DNA of 64,000 nt from Octopus sinensis. Its lineage: Eukaryota. This document shows positions 1 through 12,289 of this stretch, piece after piece. Under the pieces are notes generated by a model. It did not search any database. It worked only from the letters and a program-made list of their open reading frames with translations, and was not told the origin of the DNA. Position 1 is the stretch's first letter. The number at the start of each line of letters is the position of its first letter. The position numbers and the translations under genes were made by a program. The stretch spans positions 22,010,001-22,074,000 of the forward strand of contig NC_042998.1 in NCBI RefSeq assembly GCF_006345805.1, written 5' to 3'.

Positions 1-250
1 AATTGACTTAATCCCTTTGTCTGTCCTTGTTTGTCCTCTCTGGGTTCAGTCCCATGTGGATAGTAAAGAAATAGATATTTCATCTGCCGTTATGTTCTGA
101 GTTCAAATTCCGCCGAGGTCGACTTTGCCTTTCATCCTTTCGGGGTCGATAAATTAAGTACCAGTTACGCACTGGGGTTGATGTAATCGACTTAATCCCT
201 TTGTTTGTCCTTTTTTTGTCCTCGCTGTGTTTATAGCCCTTTGTGGCTAA
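1..250 (+). mobile_element. tRNA-derived SINE family A (Nin-like domain), head-to-tail dimer
   Basis: Central gcctttcatcctttcggggtcgataaattaagtaccag motif; the tail gtagtaaagaaatag joins directly to internal tatttcatctgccg at ~70. Confidence 0.85.
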
Positions 251-1241
251 TAAAAAAAAATTTTAAAAAAAGGGAAACCAAACAACTTCTTTTAAAAGTA
301 TTTAGACATGTGTGTTCCAGAACATTCTATGTCCAATAAACACTTGTGACATTTTACATAAGCTTCTAATTTTCCGTATTTGTAAACTCCATTCTCAATG
401 AAAGAAGACAGAAAACAAAATGGTGAAACGTAACAAAATAAGAAAAGTTTTTTCTTTTCCCATTTTCTTTCAAATTTTTAATCTAAAATTCTAAATGTTT
501 TATTCTTATTGTACATACTTTCGTCAGTAATCATACAGTGTGATAGAGATGAAGCAAGACATTTTTTTTTTTTTTTGTTTTTCTGATTTTTTTGTTTGTT
601 TGTCTATTCTTCCAAAATATTCTCTTTAGATGTAGGATAAGCAATTTTTTTAAAGCTAATTTTCTGTTTGGCTACAAGCAGGAAGTATGAACAAGAATTT
701 TTCTTCTAGCTTTATTTTTATCTTATTTTATATTTTATTTCACTTCATTTTTCAAGCAAAATTTTGACACAAATACAGTCAACAACATCTGGTACTCTAT
801 GATTCAGCAGTAACTATATTCCCTCATTCACCAAGCTGAACTCACTGTATTTGATAAAATAAAATAAAGAGAGGAATTAAACGTGTGATTATCGGTCTGT
901 CTTTTTTAGAACAACTCTCATGTAACATTTTTCACAACTTCCTGAACCACTATCCACTAAGCAGATCCTGGCCTACTTTTTTTTGTTTAATAATATCATA
1001 TCAAAGCAAATAAGGCCATCATTGGGACAATATCTTCCACGTTGTCTAAGACTGAAAGATGGAAAACTGCCTGAGGCTATTTTTTTTCTGATTTTTAAGG
1101 CAGCTAGTTTTAGAGGTTCTTCAGACAGACTCTTGGTTACAAATATCTAGCTTAACAGATATTCTGGGTTATAAACATCATCACCAACCTCCTCCTTGTC
1201 ATCATTTTAACATCCACTTTTCCATGCCTGCATGGGTTGGA

Positions 1242-1742
1242 TAAACTAGAAAGGGTATGGCCTGGTCAGCCTGTAATGATATGCATAAGATCTGGTCATC
1301 AAATCGAAGTAGAGATTTCAAACTTAAAATCTTCAAAGCCACAATCGAACCAATTCTACTATATGGCTCAGAAACCTGGTCATTATCAAAGAAGCTTGAG
1401 AGGCGGTTGGATGGAACTTACACTTGCCTCTTTATGAGAGCTCAAAATCTCTCGTGGAAGCGTCATCCAACCAAAATACAAATATATGGGAAATTACCAC
1501 CTGTATCATCTCTTGTGAAAGGTAGGAGAGTCCAGTTTGCTGGACATTGTTGTAGAGCTGAAAACGAGGTAATTTTTACTCTTCTCCTCTGGAAGCCATC
1601 TGCTCGCGATACCAGTGGGTGCACACTCTCCTACCCTGATGTAATCTCCAGGGATACAGGCATCCAGCAACAGGACCTCCGTAATGCTATGATGGACCGT
1701 GAAGTCTGGCGTAACATAGTAAATTCCATTGTCTCAACCAGG
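1242..1742 (+). mobile_element. 5'-truncated RTE-clade LINE, ORF2 C-terminal (RT thumb) fragment
   Basis: ORF 1257-1832 contains KLKIFKATIEPILLYGSETW, RRVQFAGHCCR and DLRNAMMDREVWR, matching RTE ORF2 C-terminal motifs (LLYGxETW, RLxWxGH, DRxxWR). Confidence 0.9.
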
Positions 1743-1868
1743 AGGAGGAAGACTGTGTATATATATATACCCCAACTATGGATGACACCATGTAGCCCAA
1801 ACTGTGGACTTAACACACTAATTAACATATAGCCATTAGTTCAAAAAATCACACACACCACCACCACC

Positions 1869-1902
<34 letters not shown>

Positions 1903-2384
1903 TACATATAAATATTAGCAAAGAGAATGGTGTGATGGTCTAAGTGACACATTTTTATTGCATCATACTACAATTGTTTCATCAAAATTTTAGCAGAAGA
2001 TCATTGCTGAAATATCATTGTATAATATATGAAATAATATATTATATTAGTATTTTCCCATCAATACTGGAAAGTGGTAGTTCTTTAGGTTTACCAAAAA
2101 ATAGTTTACGAAACTGAATTTTATTTCACAGAATACACATCTCACATTGATAATCTTATAATCATTTAATTAGTGCAAAAATTAAAATAAAAAATAACCT
2201 CAAGTACATCATAAACCATAAAACATAAATTGTCAAGAAATGTGGTGAATGAAGAAAACACAAAAAGAACAGGCTGGTCCTTCAAAACACAGGTACAATT
2301 TTTGCCAGCTGATGGATTGGAGCAATGTGAAATAGAGTGTCTTGCTCAAGGACACAACATGCAGTCAGAATTCATGACCTTATC

Positions 2385-2615
2385 TATTTCTTTACTACCC
2401 ACAAGGGGCTAAACATAGAGGGGACAAACAAGGACAGACATAGGTATTAAGTCGATTACATCAACCCCAGTGTGTAACTGGTACTTAATTTATCGACCCT
2501 GAAAGGATGAAAGGCAAAGTCAACTTTGGCGGAATTTGAACTCACAACATAATGGCAGACGAAATACCACTAAGCATTTCGCCCGGTGTGCTAATGTTTC
2601 TACCAGGTTGCCCCC
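2385..2615 (-). mobile_element. SINE family A copy
   Basis: Reverse complement of the family A body and tail. Confidence 0.85.
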
Positions 2616-2772
2616 TTGTTCATGACTTTACCATCAGATTGATAAATCCCTCTTATTAACTTCATGAACAGGCACAGTGTACCTCTGGTGCAGCTAGTTT
2701 TCTGTTGCTTTTTTGTGTGTATGTGTGTGTTTTTTTTATGAAAGAGAATGTCAGATGGCATTACCAATATCC

Positions 2773-2997
2773 AGGGCCAGATTAAGACCCATAAAGACTA
2801 TAACCACTGAAAAAATTTTGGTGTCCCCACATATAAATAATTCAAAATATAAACAATAATAAACCATAAAATATATTTCTATTTTTCAAAATGAAACAAA
2901 ACTAACAAGAATATGAAAAATAATGTTTATATCTCTATAGCTTCACTTTATTTATATTTAAAAAGTTTTCTCCAATCTATACATATAAAGCTGAAGT

Positions 2998-3033
<36 letters not shown>

Positions 3034-3690
3034 TGCGTGTGGTAGGTTTGGTAGCCTTCAACTAACACTATCTGCTCTGAGACCCTGTGTGGCGCAAGTT
3101 GACCAAAATTGAGAGTATGATAGAAGAAGGCTTGCTCTTCATTCTGTAGAAGAACAAATTCAAATCAGACCATGTTAAGACCAAAAAATTATTTACATAA
3201 AAAAGGTGCATTTTTTCTATGAAAATCCCTATTTTTTATGATTTTTTTACTGGTGTGTTGCCATTTTTCGGTGTATTTCAACCAGAAAAATATTCACTTA
3301 AAGAGACTAACAAGCTACATAATGCAAAATTTTTACTTTTCAAAAAGCATTGAAACTATGTCAAAACTTTGTTAACGCGACATCAGAGTCTGCCATTTTA
3401 AGGGCAACTAAAAAACAAACCTAAACAACGTCGGGCTACACTGCTAGTTTTTATTAATTGCAAACTCTTTGATCACATCTTCAAAATTGATCTTACATAA
3501 CACATCTGTATCTATACTTAGCAGAGACAAAGGCATCCCGAATATTATTTTAGCAAGTTTAAAGTGATTTCTTTTGTGCCGTAAACCACTTACCATTTCT
3601 GAGGTGCCTCTACCTTCCATTGATGTCCTAAGTACATGCTTATTTTGTTTAATGGTAAATCCAACGCTGCCAATATCAGACAAGTGAGAG
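2773..3690 (-). mobile_element. hAT (Tip100-like) transposon 3' end remnant, interrupted by a Helitron at 2976-3447
   Basis: Terminus cagggccagattaagacc at 2773; minus-strand LSLLSIDTDVLCKINFEDVIKEFA and KQNKHVLRTSM resemble the hATC dimerisation domain. Confidence 0.65.
2976..3447 (+). mobile_element. Non-autonomous Helitron-like element
   Basis: 5' TCtatacatataaag, 3' caacgtcgggctacactgCTAG, inserted between A and T with no TSD; carries an internal (TG)n. Confidence 0.8.
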
Positions 3691-3734
3691 AATGAAACAA
3701 AAAGAAAGGATGAGAAATAGTTGACTTGACTGGT

Positions 3735-3903
3735 TTCCGCCTTGGGTTCAAATTCCGCCGAGGTCGACTTTGCCTTTCATCCTTTCGGGGTCGATAAATC
3801 AAGTACCAGTTACGCACTGGGATCGATGTAATCGACTTAATCCGTTTGTCTGTCCTTGTTTGTCCCCTCTGTGTTTAGCCCCTTGTGGGTAGTAAAGAAA
3901 TAT
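3735..3903 (+). mobile_element. SINE family A, 5'-truncated
   Basis: B-box-like gggttcaaattcc followed by the Nin-like domain and tail. Confidence 0.85.
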
Positions 3904-4069
3904 ATTTATCAATACCAAAAAGAGATGGAAACTAGAATTCATCTTTGTGGGATTTGAACCACAAGTGTGGAAGACCAGAACAAATATTGCAAGGCCTTCG
4001 ATTTGATGCTTTAGCAACTCTACCAATATTCTGCTATATATAGATTCTATATAAAGAAGAAATCTGCAA

Positions 4070-4235
4070 TAGGCATGGGAGTGGTTCTGTGGTAAGTAGC
4101 TGGCTTCCCAACCACATGGTTCCGAGTTCAGTCCCAAAGTGTAGCATGTTGGGCAAGTGTCTTCTGCTAGAGCCTTGGGCCAACCAAAGCCTTGTGAGTG
4201 GATTTGGTAGACGGAAACTGAAAAGAAGCCTGTCA
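4070..4235 (+). mobile_element. tRNA-derived SINE family B head (CORE-like)
   Basis: tgtggtaagtagc...ggttcagtccc...ttgggcaagtgtcttct...gaaagaagcc, then (TA)n. Confidence 0.8.
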
Positions 4236-4257
4236 TATATATGTATGTATATATATA

Positions 4258-4471
4258 TTTCTTTACTGCCCACAAGGGGCTAAACATAGAGGGGACAGAC
4301 AAAGGGTTTAAGTCGATTACACTGATCCCAGTGCGAAACTGGTACTTTATTTATCGACCCCGAAAGGATGAAAGGCAAAGTCGACCTCAGCAGAATTTGA
4401 AATCAGTATGTAATGATAGACGAAATACTGCTAAGCATTTCGCCTGGCGCGCTAACGTTTCTGCCAGTTCG

Positions 4472-4472
<1 letters not shown>
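4258..4472 (-). mobile_element. SINE family A copy
   Basis: Full head-to-tail match on the minus strand. Confidence 0.85.
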
Positions 4473-4567
<95 letters not shown>

Positions 4568-4714
4568 ATGTATATGTTTCTGTGTCTGTATTTGTCCTCC
4601 TACCATCACTTGACAACCAATGTTTGTGTGTTTACGTCCCTGTAACTTAGCAGTCTGGCAAAAGAGACTGATGGAATTAGTACTAGGCTTACAAATAATA
4701 AGTCCTCCTACTTT

Positions 4715-4935
4715 TTTGAATTGCCAAGTCTTTGATCAGATCCTCAAACTTAATCTTAGGTAACACATCTGCACCTATACTTAGCAGAGACAAAGGCTTC
4801 CCGAATATTATTTTAGCAAGTTTAAAGTGATTTGTTTTGTGCCGTAGGCCATTTACCATTTATGTGGTACCCCCTCCTTCTTTTGATACCCTAAGCACGT
4901 GCTTATCTTGTTTAATGGTTAAGCCAGCGCTGGGT
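4715..4935 (-). mobile_element. Second diverged copy of the hAT C-terminal fragment
   Basis: Direct repeat of ~3460-3685, with shared ctatacttagcagagacaaaggc and cccgaatattattttagcaagtttaaagtgattt blocks. Confidence 0.7.
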
Positions 4936-5399
4936 ATCAGGCCTTAAGAAATAAGCACTGAGGTTGATAAACTTGTCTAAAATTTTTGTAAATTAGTGGT
5001 TTGGCAAAAGAGACTGATAGAACTAGTTCTAGGTTTACAAAGAATAAGTCCTCGGGTCAGTTTGTTTGACTAAAGGTGGTGCTCCAGCATGGCTGCAGTC
5101 AAGTGACCGAAACAAATGAATGGTGCTCCTATAACAATAATGGTAATGTTGGTGAAGATATCTTTGGTACTTAAGGAAATTAAACACGAAATAAAAGGAA
5201 AATGAAATAATTGTGAAAAATAAAATGAAGCATAAATTCATTTGAAAATTATGAAGAAAACTGTTTCAGCATAATTAAAGAAAATTAATGCCAACCGACT
5301 CCCTTGAGTATGAACTAGAATGTACCATTTTACGGTTTTACTTTCACTGTTAAGTTAATAGCCTTTAGCAGCAGATTGATAATGATGATATGGGTTTTT

Positions 5400-6055
5400 A
5401 GAGGGAGAGAGGAGGAAGAGAGAGAGGGGGAAGGAGATAGGAAGAAAAGAGAGGGGTAAGAAGAGAGATAGAGGGAAGAGAGAGGGGGAGAAGAGCGATA
5501 GAGGGTAGAAGAGAGAGAGGGGGAAGGAGATAGAGGAAGAAAAGAGAGGGGTAAGAAGAGAGAAAGAAGAGGAAGAAGAGAGAGGGGGAAGGAGATAGGA
5601 AGAAAAGAGAGGGGTAAGAAGAGAGATAGAGGGGAGAAGAGAGAGGGGGAGAGAGAGAAGAGGAAGAAGAGAGAGGGGGAAGGAGATAGAGGAAGAAAAG
5701 AGAGGGGTAAGAAGAGAGATAGAGGGGAGAAGAGAGAGGGGGAAGGAGATAGGAAGAAAAGAGAGGGGTAAGAAGAGAGATAGAGGAAGAGAGAGAGACA
5801 GGAGGAGGAAGAGAGAGAGACAGGAGGAGGAAGAGAGAAAGGGGGTTTAAGGGGAGAGGAGGAAATAGAGAGATAGAGAGACGGCAGAGAAAGAGAGGGA
5901 AGAAGAGAGAGAAAGAGAGAGGCAAAGAAGAGAGAGAAGGAAGAAGGGAGAGAGGGGGAATAAGGAGAGGGAGGAGAAGAGAGAGAGAGGGGAAGAAGAA
6001 GGAAAGGGGGAAGAGAGAGTAGAAGAAGAAGAAGAAGAGAGAGAGAGATAGAGAT
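5400..6055 (+). repeat. Polypurine (GA-rich) minisatellite
   Basis: ~650 bp almost entirely G/A, with a recurring higher-order unit gggggaaggagatagga(g)gaagaaaagagaggggtaagaagagaga. Confidence 0.9.
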
Positions 6056-6849
6056 ATGCTGTCTGATGTTTAGTAGGTTTTGGCAGATTTATAGGGGATA
6101 AGAATGGTGGAGGGATGAGGGAATTGAAGAATGAGACTCTGCTATTTCTGCCTACCTTTCTCAAGGGCATTAGTAATGTAAATGTGCAAATGAAGGAAAA
6201 TGGAATGGCCACGACAAACTGTTTTGTTTATGATTTCTAAAACAAATTTTCATATTGGTGCAGGTGTAGCTGTGTGGTAAGAACCTTTTTTTGCACCACA
6301 GGCTAATTTCACACAATACAGTTTTTCCATAAACCAGAGGATCATGTGTATAACAAAAGTGCATAATATATAGTTCAGTTATGTAGCAGAGTTGAAGAAT
6401 TGCTCTATCCAGGCTGTTCAGTTGATCAGAAGAGCGAGCCTTCTACACCTGCATTGATCTGAGAATGTATAATACTACTATGTAATTTATAGCATGTATA
6501 TTAGTGCAGACATTTAAGATAATTTATTATACACTAAATAAAAATTATTATAACAGATGAAGGCTATGAAACAGCTGGTATCCTATGGATATCAACTGGC
6601 AGAATGAATTACATTCATCTTTCATACCTCCTGGCATTTTATGATCTCTGTACTCTTAATGAAATAGTTTCATTAATTGGTTCCACTGGGTGTCAGCTAC
6701 CTAGAATTCTATATTACACTCCTCTGTATTGGTTTATTATGTGATTTGGTAGCCAAATCCACAAGTGAAGATTTTGTGTGATTACCACAGGACTCTATGA
6801 ATCCATATGTTACACATTAAATGTATGTATCTCTCTCTCTCTCTCTATC

Positions 6850-7265
6850 ATCATCATCATCATTTAACGTCCGTTCTCCATGCTAGCATGGGTTGGACGG
6901 TTCGACCGGGAATCTGGGAAGCCAGAAGGCTGCACCAGGCTCCAGTCTGATCTGGCAGTGTTTCTACGGCTGGATGCCCTTCCTAACGCCAACCACTCCG
7001 TGAGTGTAGTGGGTGCTTTTTACGTGCCACCTGCACAGGTGCCAGGCGAGGCTGGCAACGGCCACGGTCGGATTGGTGTATTTTATGTGCCACCGGCACG
7101 GAAGCCAGACGAGGCGGTGCTGGCATCGGCCACGAGTCAGATGGTGCTTTTTACGTACCACCAGACCAGGGATCCTGGCTGGTTCAATTCGATTTCGATT
7201 TCCCCAACATGTCTTCACAAGCAAGGGGGTTGGCATGGGTGCCTGTTGTACGGTCAGATTGGTGT
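6850..7265 (-). mobile_element. RTE LINE 3'UTR-derived repeat (family D) with internal ~55-bp tandem units
   Basis: Ends in gacgttaaatgatgatgat on the minus strand; repeated gtgc-ttttacgtgccacc units; the same family as the RTE-coding copy at 55505-56085. Confidence 0.8.
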
Positions 7266-7633
7266 ATTATATATAATTCATATAATTCATATTAGATATC
7301 GTGTAAATTAAAACACATTAAGAGGCTTCCATCATAGGAAAGCCTTGTGCTAGAAATAGCAGTAGAAAACTCAAACCACTAATTAGGGATAAATTCTTGA
7401 AAGGAATGAAAATTAAAAACATTTACCATCTAATTTATATATATATAAAACATCTTACCTTTTCTCCTTTATTTTTGTCTATTGTTTGTACTTTGTGTAA
7501 GTTTAATCTATTAATATTTATATATTTAAATAATAATGGTAAATAATAAGGGTAAAACATTGATATTTGATTAATATCATTTTAAACCAGTGGCTTAGCA
7601 TATAGAAAAAATTTGAAGATTCAGAAAAATTAC

Positions 7634-7764
7634 ATTACATACATATAAGAGAGATGACCACTAGGTGGACATCCAATATGCTAAATGTAGACTCCATATG
7701 TGGGGGTCTACATTTAGCATATTGGATGTCCACCTAGTGGTCATCCCTCTTATATGTATGTAAT
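7634..7764. repeat. 131-bp near-perfect palindrome (MITE-like)
   Basis: Arms of ~62 bp are reverse complements with about 2 mismatches; a half-copy occurs at ~18412-18465. Confidence 0.85.
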
Positions 7765-7866
7765 ATCTATATATTTATACTTAAATATTCATTGTGGTCA
7801 GTCTTCAGCCTTTGCTTCTTCTTGTTTGAATGTATACATACATACATACATATATATATATATATA

Positions 7867-8270
7867 GGTGCAGGAGTGGCTGTGTGGTAGGTAGCTTGTT
7901 TACCAACCACATGGTTCCAGGTTCAGTCCCACTGCGTGGCACCTTGGGCAAGTGTCTTCTACTATAGCCTCAGGCCAACCAAAGCCTTGTGAGTGGATTT
8001 GGTAGACGGAAACTGAAAAGAAGCCCATTGTATATATGTATATATATATATGCATGTGTGTGTTTGTGTGTCTGTGTTTGTCCCCTAGCATTGCTTGACA
8101 ACCGATGCTGGTGTGTTTATGTTGCTGTTACTTAGCAGTTTGGCAAAAGAGACCGATAGAATAAGTACTGGGCTTTCAAAAAGAATAAGTCCCGGGGTCG
8201 ATTTGCGATTAAAGGTGGTGTTCCAACATGGCCGCAGTCAAATGACTGAAACAAGTAAAAGAGTAAAGAC
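7867..8270 (+). mobile_element. Full SINE family B (head, internal TA/TG microsatellite, tail)
   Basis: ggtgcaggagtggctgtgtgg head through the gactgaaacaagtaaaagag tail. Confidence 0.85.
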
Positions 8271-8299
8271 AGAGTATATATATATATATATATTATATA

Positions 8300-8682
8300 C
8301 TAGCAGTATCGCCCGGCGTTGCTCAGGTTTGTAAGGGAAATAACTATAAAGCATTTTTAGAGAGTTATAGCCAAAAAATAGCAAAAAAATGGGAAAAAAA
8401 TGATGGTAAATTTTTTTTGAGAGTTAAAACAGGTGGAGTTGCGTCCCCTAGACGGTCTGTGGTTTGGGTTTCTCATTCTCGACCCCATGTCGAATTTATG
8501 ATTTTTTTCAGAAGTGGGGGAACTTTTCAAACTTTTCGCTGCGTTAGTTTTGAATTATGACATTGGGCTATGTGTGTGTCAAGTTTCATCAGAATCGGTT
8601 GAAAGCCATGGTCAGAGTGAGGGTACGAGAAAACAGACACACAGAAAACGCACAGACAAACTGCCGTTTATATATAGAGAGA
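8300..8682 (-). mobile_element. Non-autonomous Helitron-like element
   Basis: Minus-strand 5' TCtctctatatataaac and 3' gcaacgccgggcgatactgCTAG; closely similar to 17762-18142. Confidence 0.85.
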
Positions 8683-8895
8683 TATATATATTGTATATCA
8701 AGCCCAAGCTGTTATATTTAATTTGTTTATTCACATAATTGCCACCACACCATATCTGCTCTTATCAGGATTCCTCTTGTAGCCAGTCTTGTACCCCACG
8801 GAATTGGTTCCTCGTAAAGACATCGGCATCTAAGTTTGAATCTTTTGAGTGCTACCAAGTGCTTTCTCTACTGAGAATCTCTGAATCTCACCTGT

Positions 8896-8927
<32 letters not shown>

Positions 8928-9087
8928 CTATCAACACACACATATGTTCATATATATGTATATAACCTGAATGTGGTCTGGCCCTTAGAGTGTAGACAGT
9001 TAAGAGCCAAAACACTTGCCTGAGGTGGTGGTGATGGTGGGTTCTCTGAAGACCTTCTGCTGTTCAGCACTCTTGAGAACTTCTTAC

Positions 9088-9189
9088 CATTCAGAAAAGA
9101 CAGATGAACAATAATAAACACAAGGAATACCTTTATATGACAAATTGCATATGCAAAGTACATGATCCAATCAAATCTTAACTTTACAG
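9088..9189 (-). other. Candidate first coding exon encoding a signal-peptide-like segment (MYFAYAICHIKVFLVFIIVHLSFLN-G)
   Basis: Acceptor ttatttgaaacag, ATG at 9163, donor ATG|gtaagaa (phase 1); hydrophobic core VFLVFIIVHLSF. No convincing downstream exon was found. Confidence 0.2.
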
Positions 9190-9898
9190 CTGTTTCAAAT
9201 AACCATGTGGTGTAACAACTAGCATTGATTATGAGGCAGGCTGTTGGTTGTTTTAAGATTAAAGTCCCCACTTTAAAATCGTTTTAAGACAGAGATAGGT
9301 ACACACATTACTTATTGTAGCAAAACAGTACATATGTACCACTCAGGTACAATAAAACTCTAACATTCGTTTAAATTCATGTTATTCTCGGAATCTTTTC
9401 AAAAACTTGTGGCACAATAGTTAATGGTGATGTTTTATTTAAAATAATGGTGAAGCTGATATGCAAAATAGCCTGCTGTTTAATATTGTATTTCAAATTC
9501 AACTGATATTTGGACAAAAGAAAAAGAGGGGGGTAGAAAGGAAATTTCATACTTGACATAAGAGAATTAGAAAAAAACATTTACAAGGAAACATGATATT
9601 TTTTTTATCCCCAAAAGCATTATTTGGTTCTAGCATATATGTGTATGCATGTGTGTGTGTGTATGTGTGCATGCATGTGTGTGTGTGTGAATCTACATCT
9701 ATACATATATACATACATACACACATATATATATCTATATAACATATCTGTTATGCATGTATATGTGAAATGTGTGCATATGGGTGTATATGTATATATA
9801 TATATATACACTTAATTATATATGAAATCATCATCACCATCATTATCATTATTAATATCATTATTATTTGTATTCTGTATCCCCCCCCCATTTGTGTG

Positions 9899-9937
<39 letters not shown>

Positions 9938-9954
9938 ATGTATATATATATATA

Positions 9955-9986
<32 letters not shown>

Positions 9987-9989
9987 CAT

Positions 9990-10556
9990 ACACACACATA
10001 TACACATACGCATAAGTATGTTGAATACGCAATATAAATTTATATAACTGCATACATCTAAATACCAATGTACACACGCACACACACACACACACATAAG
10101 CAGACACACACATGCGCACATATACACGTATACACACTCACACATTCCAATTTATCAGATTTTCGGTGGATAATCTAAATTCTTCGTTGTGTGTTTATTT
10201 TCTATTTAAATTTCTGGCGTTCTAGGAAATTTGAAACTTGTTGTTTTATTAAAATCATATTGTTATATTAAAGTTTTTGTTTTTCTTAAAATATCATTCG
10301 CTGATCATTTACTTTCACTGTTTATTGCTGTAGGGTATTAATATGTATGGCATTCTATGTGTATATTGGGGTGTGTATATAGTGTGTGTGTGTGTGTCAG
10401 TCTTTCTGAATGCAAATAAATTTCTGCGATGTGTGTTGTGAGAGATAGGTGGTCTGTAGGTCTCTGTACGATTACTAGTGTGTTTGTGTTGTATTCAAGT
10501 ATGTACATAGATACATCTGTCTGTTTCTGTTTCACATATGTACACGTTTATATATC

Positions 10557-10596
<40 letters not shown>

Positions 10597-10699
10597 CACA
10601 AATATATTCATACAGAGATACGTTGGTGCATGACAATGTCATGGATTTTTTACTTGAGTAGTAAATGCTAATGAAAGTTTTCCCTCATCTTTCTGTGTA

Positions 10700-10730
<31 letters not shown>

Positions 10731-11328
10731 TATATATATACATACACACAGATATACACATATGCATGCAGGCATATGCGCACACATATACACATACGCA
10801 TAAGTATGTTGAATACGCAATATAAATTTATATAACTGCATACATCTAAATACCAATGTACACACGCACACACACACATAAGCAGACACACACATGCGCA
10901 CATATACACGTATACACACTCACACATTCCAATTTATCAGATTTTCGGTGGATAATCTAAATTCTTCGTTGTGTATTTATTTTCTATTTAAATTTCTGGC
11001 GTTCTAGGAAATTTGAAACTTGTTGTTTTATTAAAATCATATTGTTATATTAAAGTTTTTGTTTTTCTTAAAATATCATTCGCTGATCATTTACTTTCAC
11101 TGTTTATTGCTGTAGGTGTATTAATATGTATGGCATTCTATGTGTATATTGGGGTGTGTATATAGTGTGTGTGTGTGTGTCAGTCTTTCTGAATGCAAAT
11201 AAATTTCTGCGATGTGTGTTGTGAGAGATAGGTGGTCTGTAGGTCTCTGTACGATTACTAGTGTGTTTGTGTTGTATTCAAGTATGTACATAGATACATC
11301 TGTCTGTTTCTGTTTCACATATGTACAC

Positions 11329-11379
<51 letters not shown>

Positions 11380-11500
11380 CACAAATATATTCATACAGAG
11401 ATACGTTGGTGCATGACAATGTCATGGATTTTTTACTTGAGTAGTAAATGCTAATGAAAGTTTTCCCTCATCTTTCTGTGTATGTGTGTGTGTATATATA
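9990..11500. repeat. Tandem duplication of a ~730-bp block (period 783)
   Basis: Identical ORFs at 10338 and 11121; the copies differ mainly in microsatellite length plus 2-3 other changes. Confidence 0.95.
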
Positions 11501-12289
11501 TATATATATATACGTATATATATATAGACACACACACATACACACACACACATGCACATATATATATATATATATGTATATATATATGTGTGTGTGTGTG
11601 TGATCAATTAATATATATATATTATAATAATAACAATAATAATAATAATAATAATGATAATATATGTATGTATGTATATATCGAAACCTATATCTATATC
11701 TTCACATACTTACATACATGCATACATACATACATAGCTACATATGTACATACATACATACATACATATATATATATACATATACACATATGTACATATG
11801 CATACACATATATATGTGTATATGTTTGTGTGTATATATGCATATATATATATATACACACATACTTACATATATATATTTATATATATATATGCACTTG
11901 TGAAAAATAAAGAGTAGATATGTTCATCCATTAGTATTAATGCTAAAACTTCAAATATTATTTGACAACACAATCGTCTTACATAATAGTTTAGTTAGTG
12001 CAAACATTTATTGCAGTGTGCAACAGTAATAAATATCTCGAAATAATAATGTGATGAGACAAATTATACAGTATTAGTCGGTGACTAATATCTTTTGATT
12101 TTATCAGAAAGTATAGAAGATATTTATTGGATGACATATTTCTGTCTTATTTTGACCTCATCAGCAAAGTACAAGCTTCATCATACTTGCCACAGTAATG
12201 ATACAGTACAAGCTTACATATACACACATACACACATGTATCCTCTTATATGCACATGCACATATACTCATACATAGAGCTTTTTATGC

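Noticed and set aside
6550-6745. ~64-codon open frame (DEGYETAGILW...)
   Set aside because: No recognisable family and poor splice context.
6960-7265. CRISPR-like repeat/spacer look of ~55-bp units
   Set aside because: The whole unit is homologous between repeats, the host is eukaryotic, and the units belong to an RTE 3'UTR.
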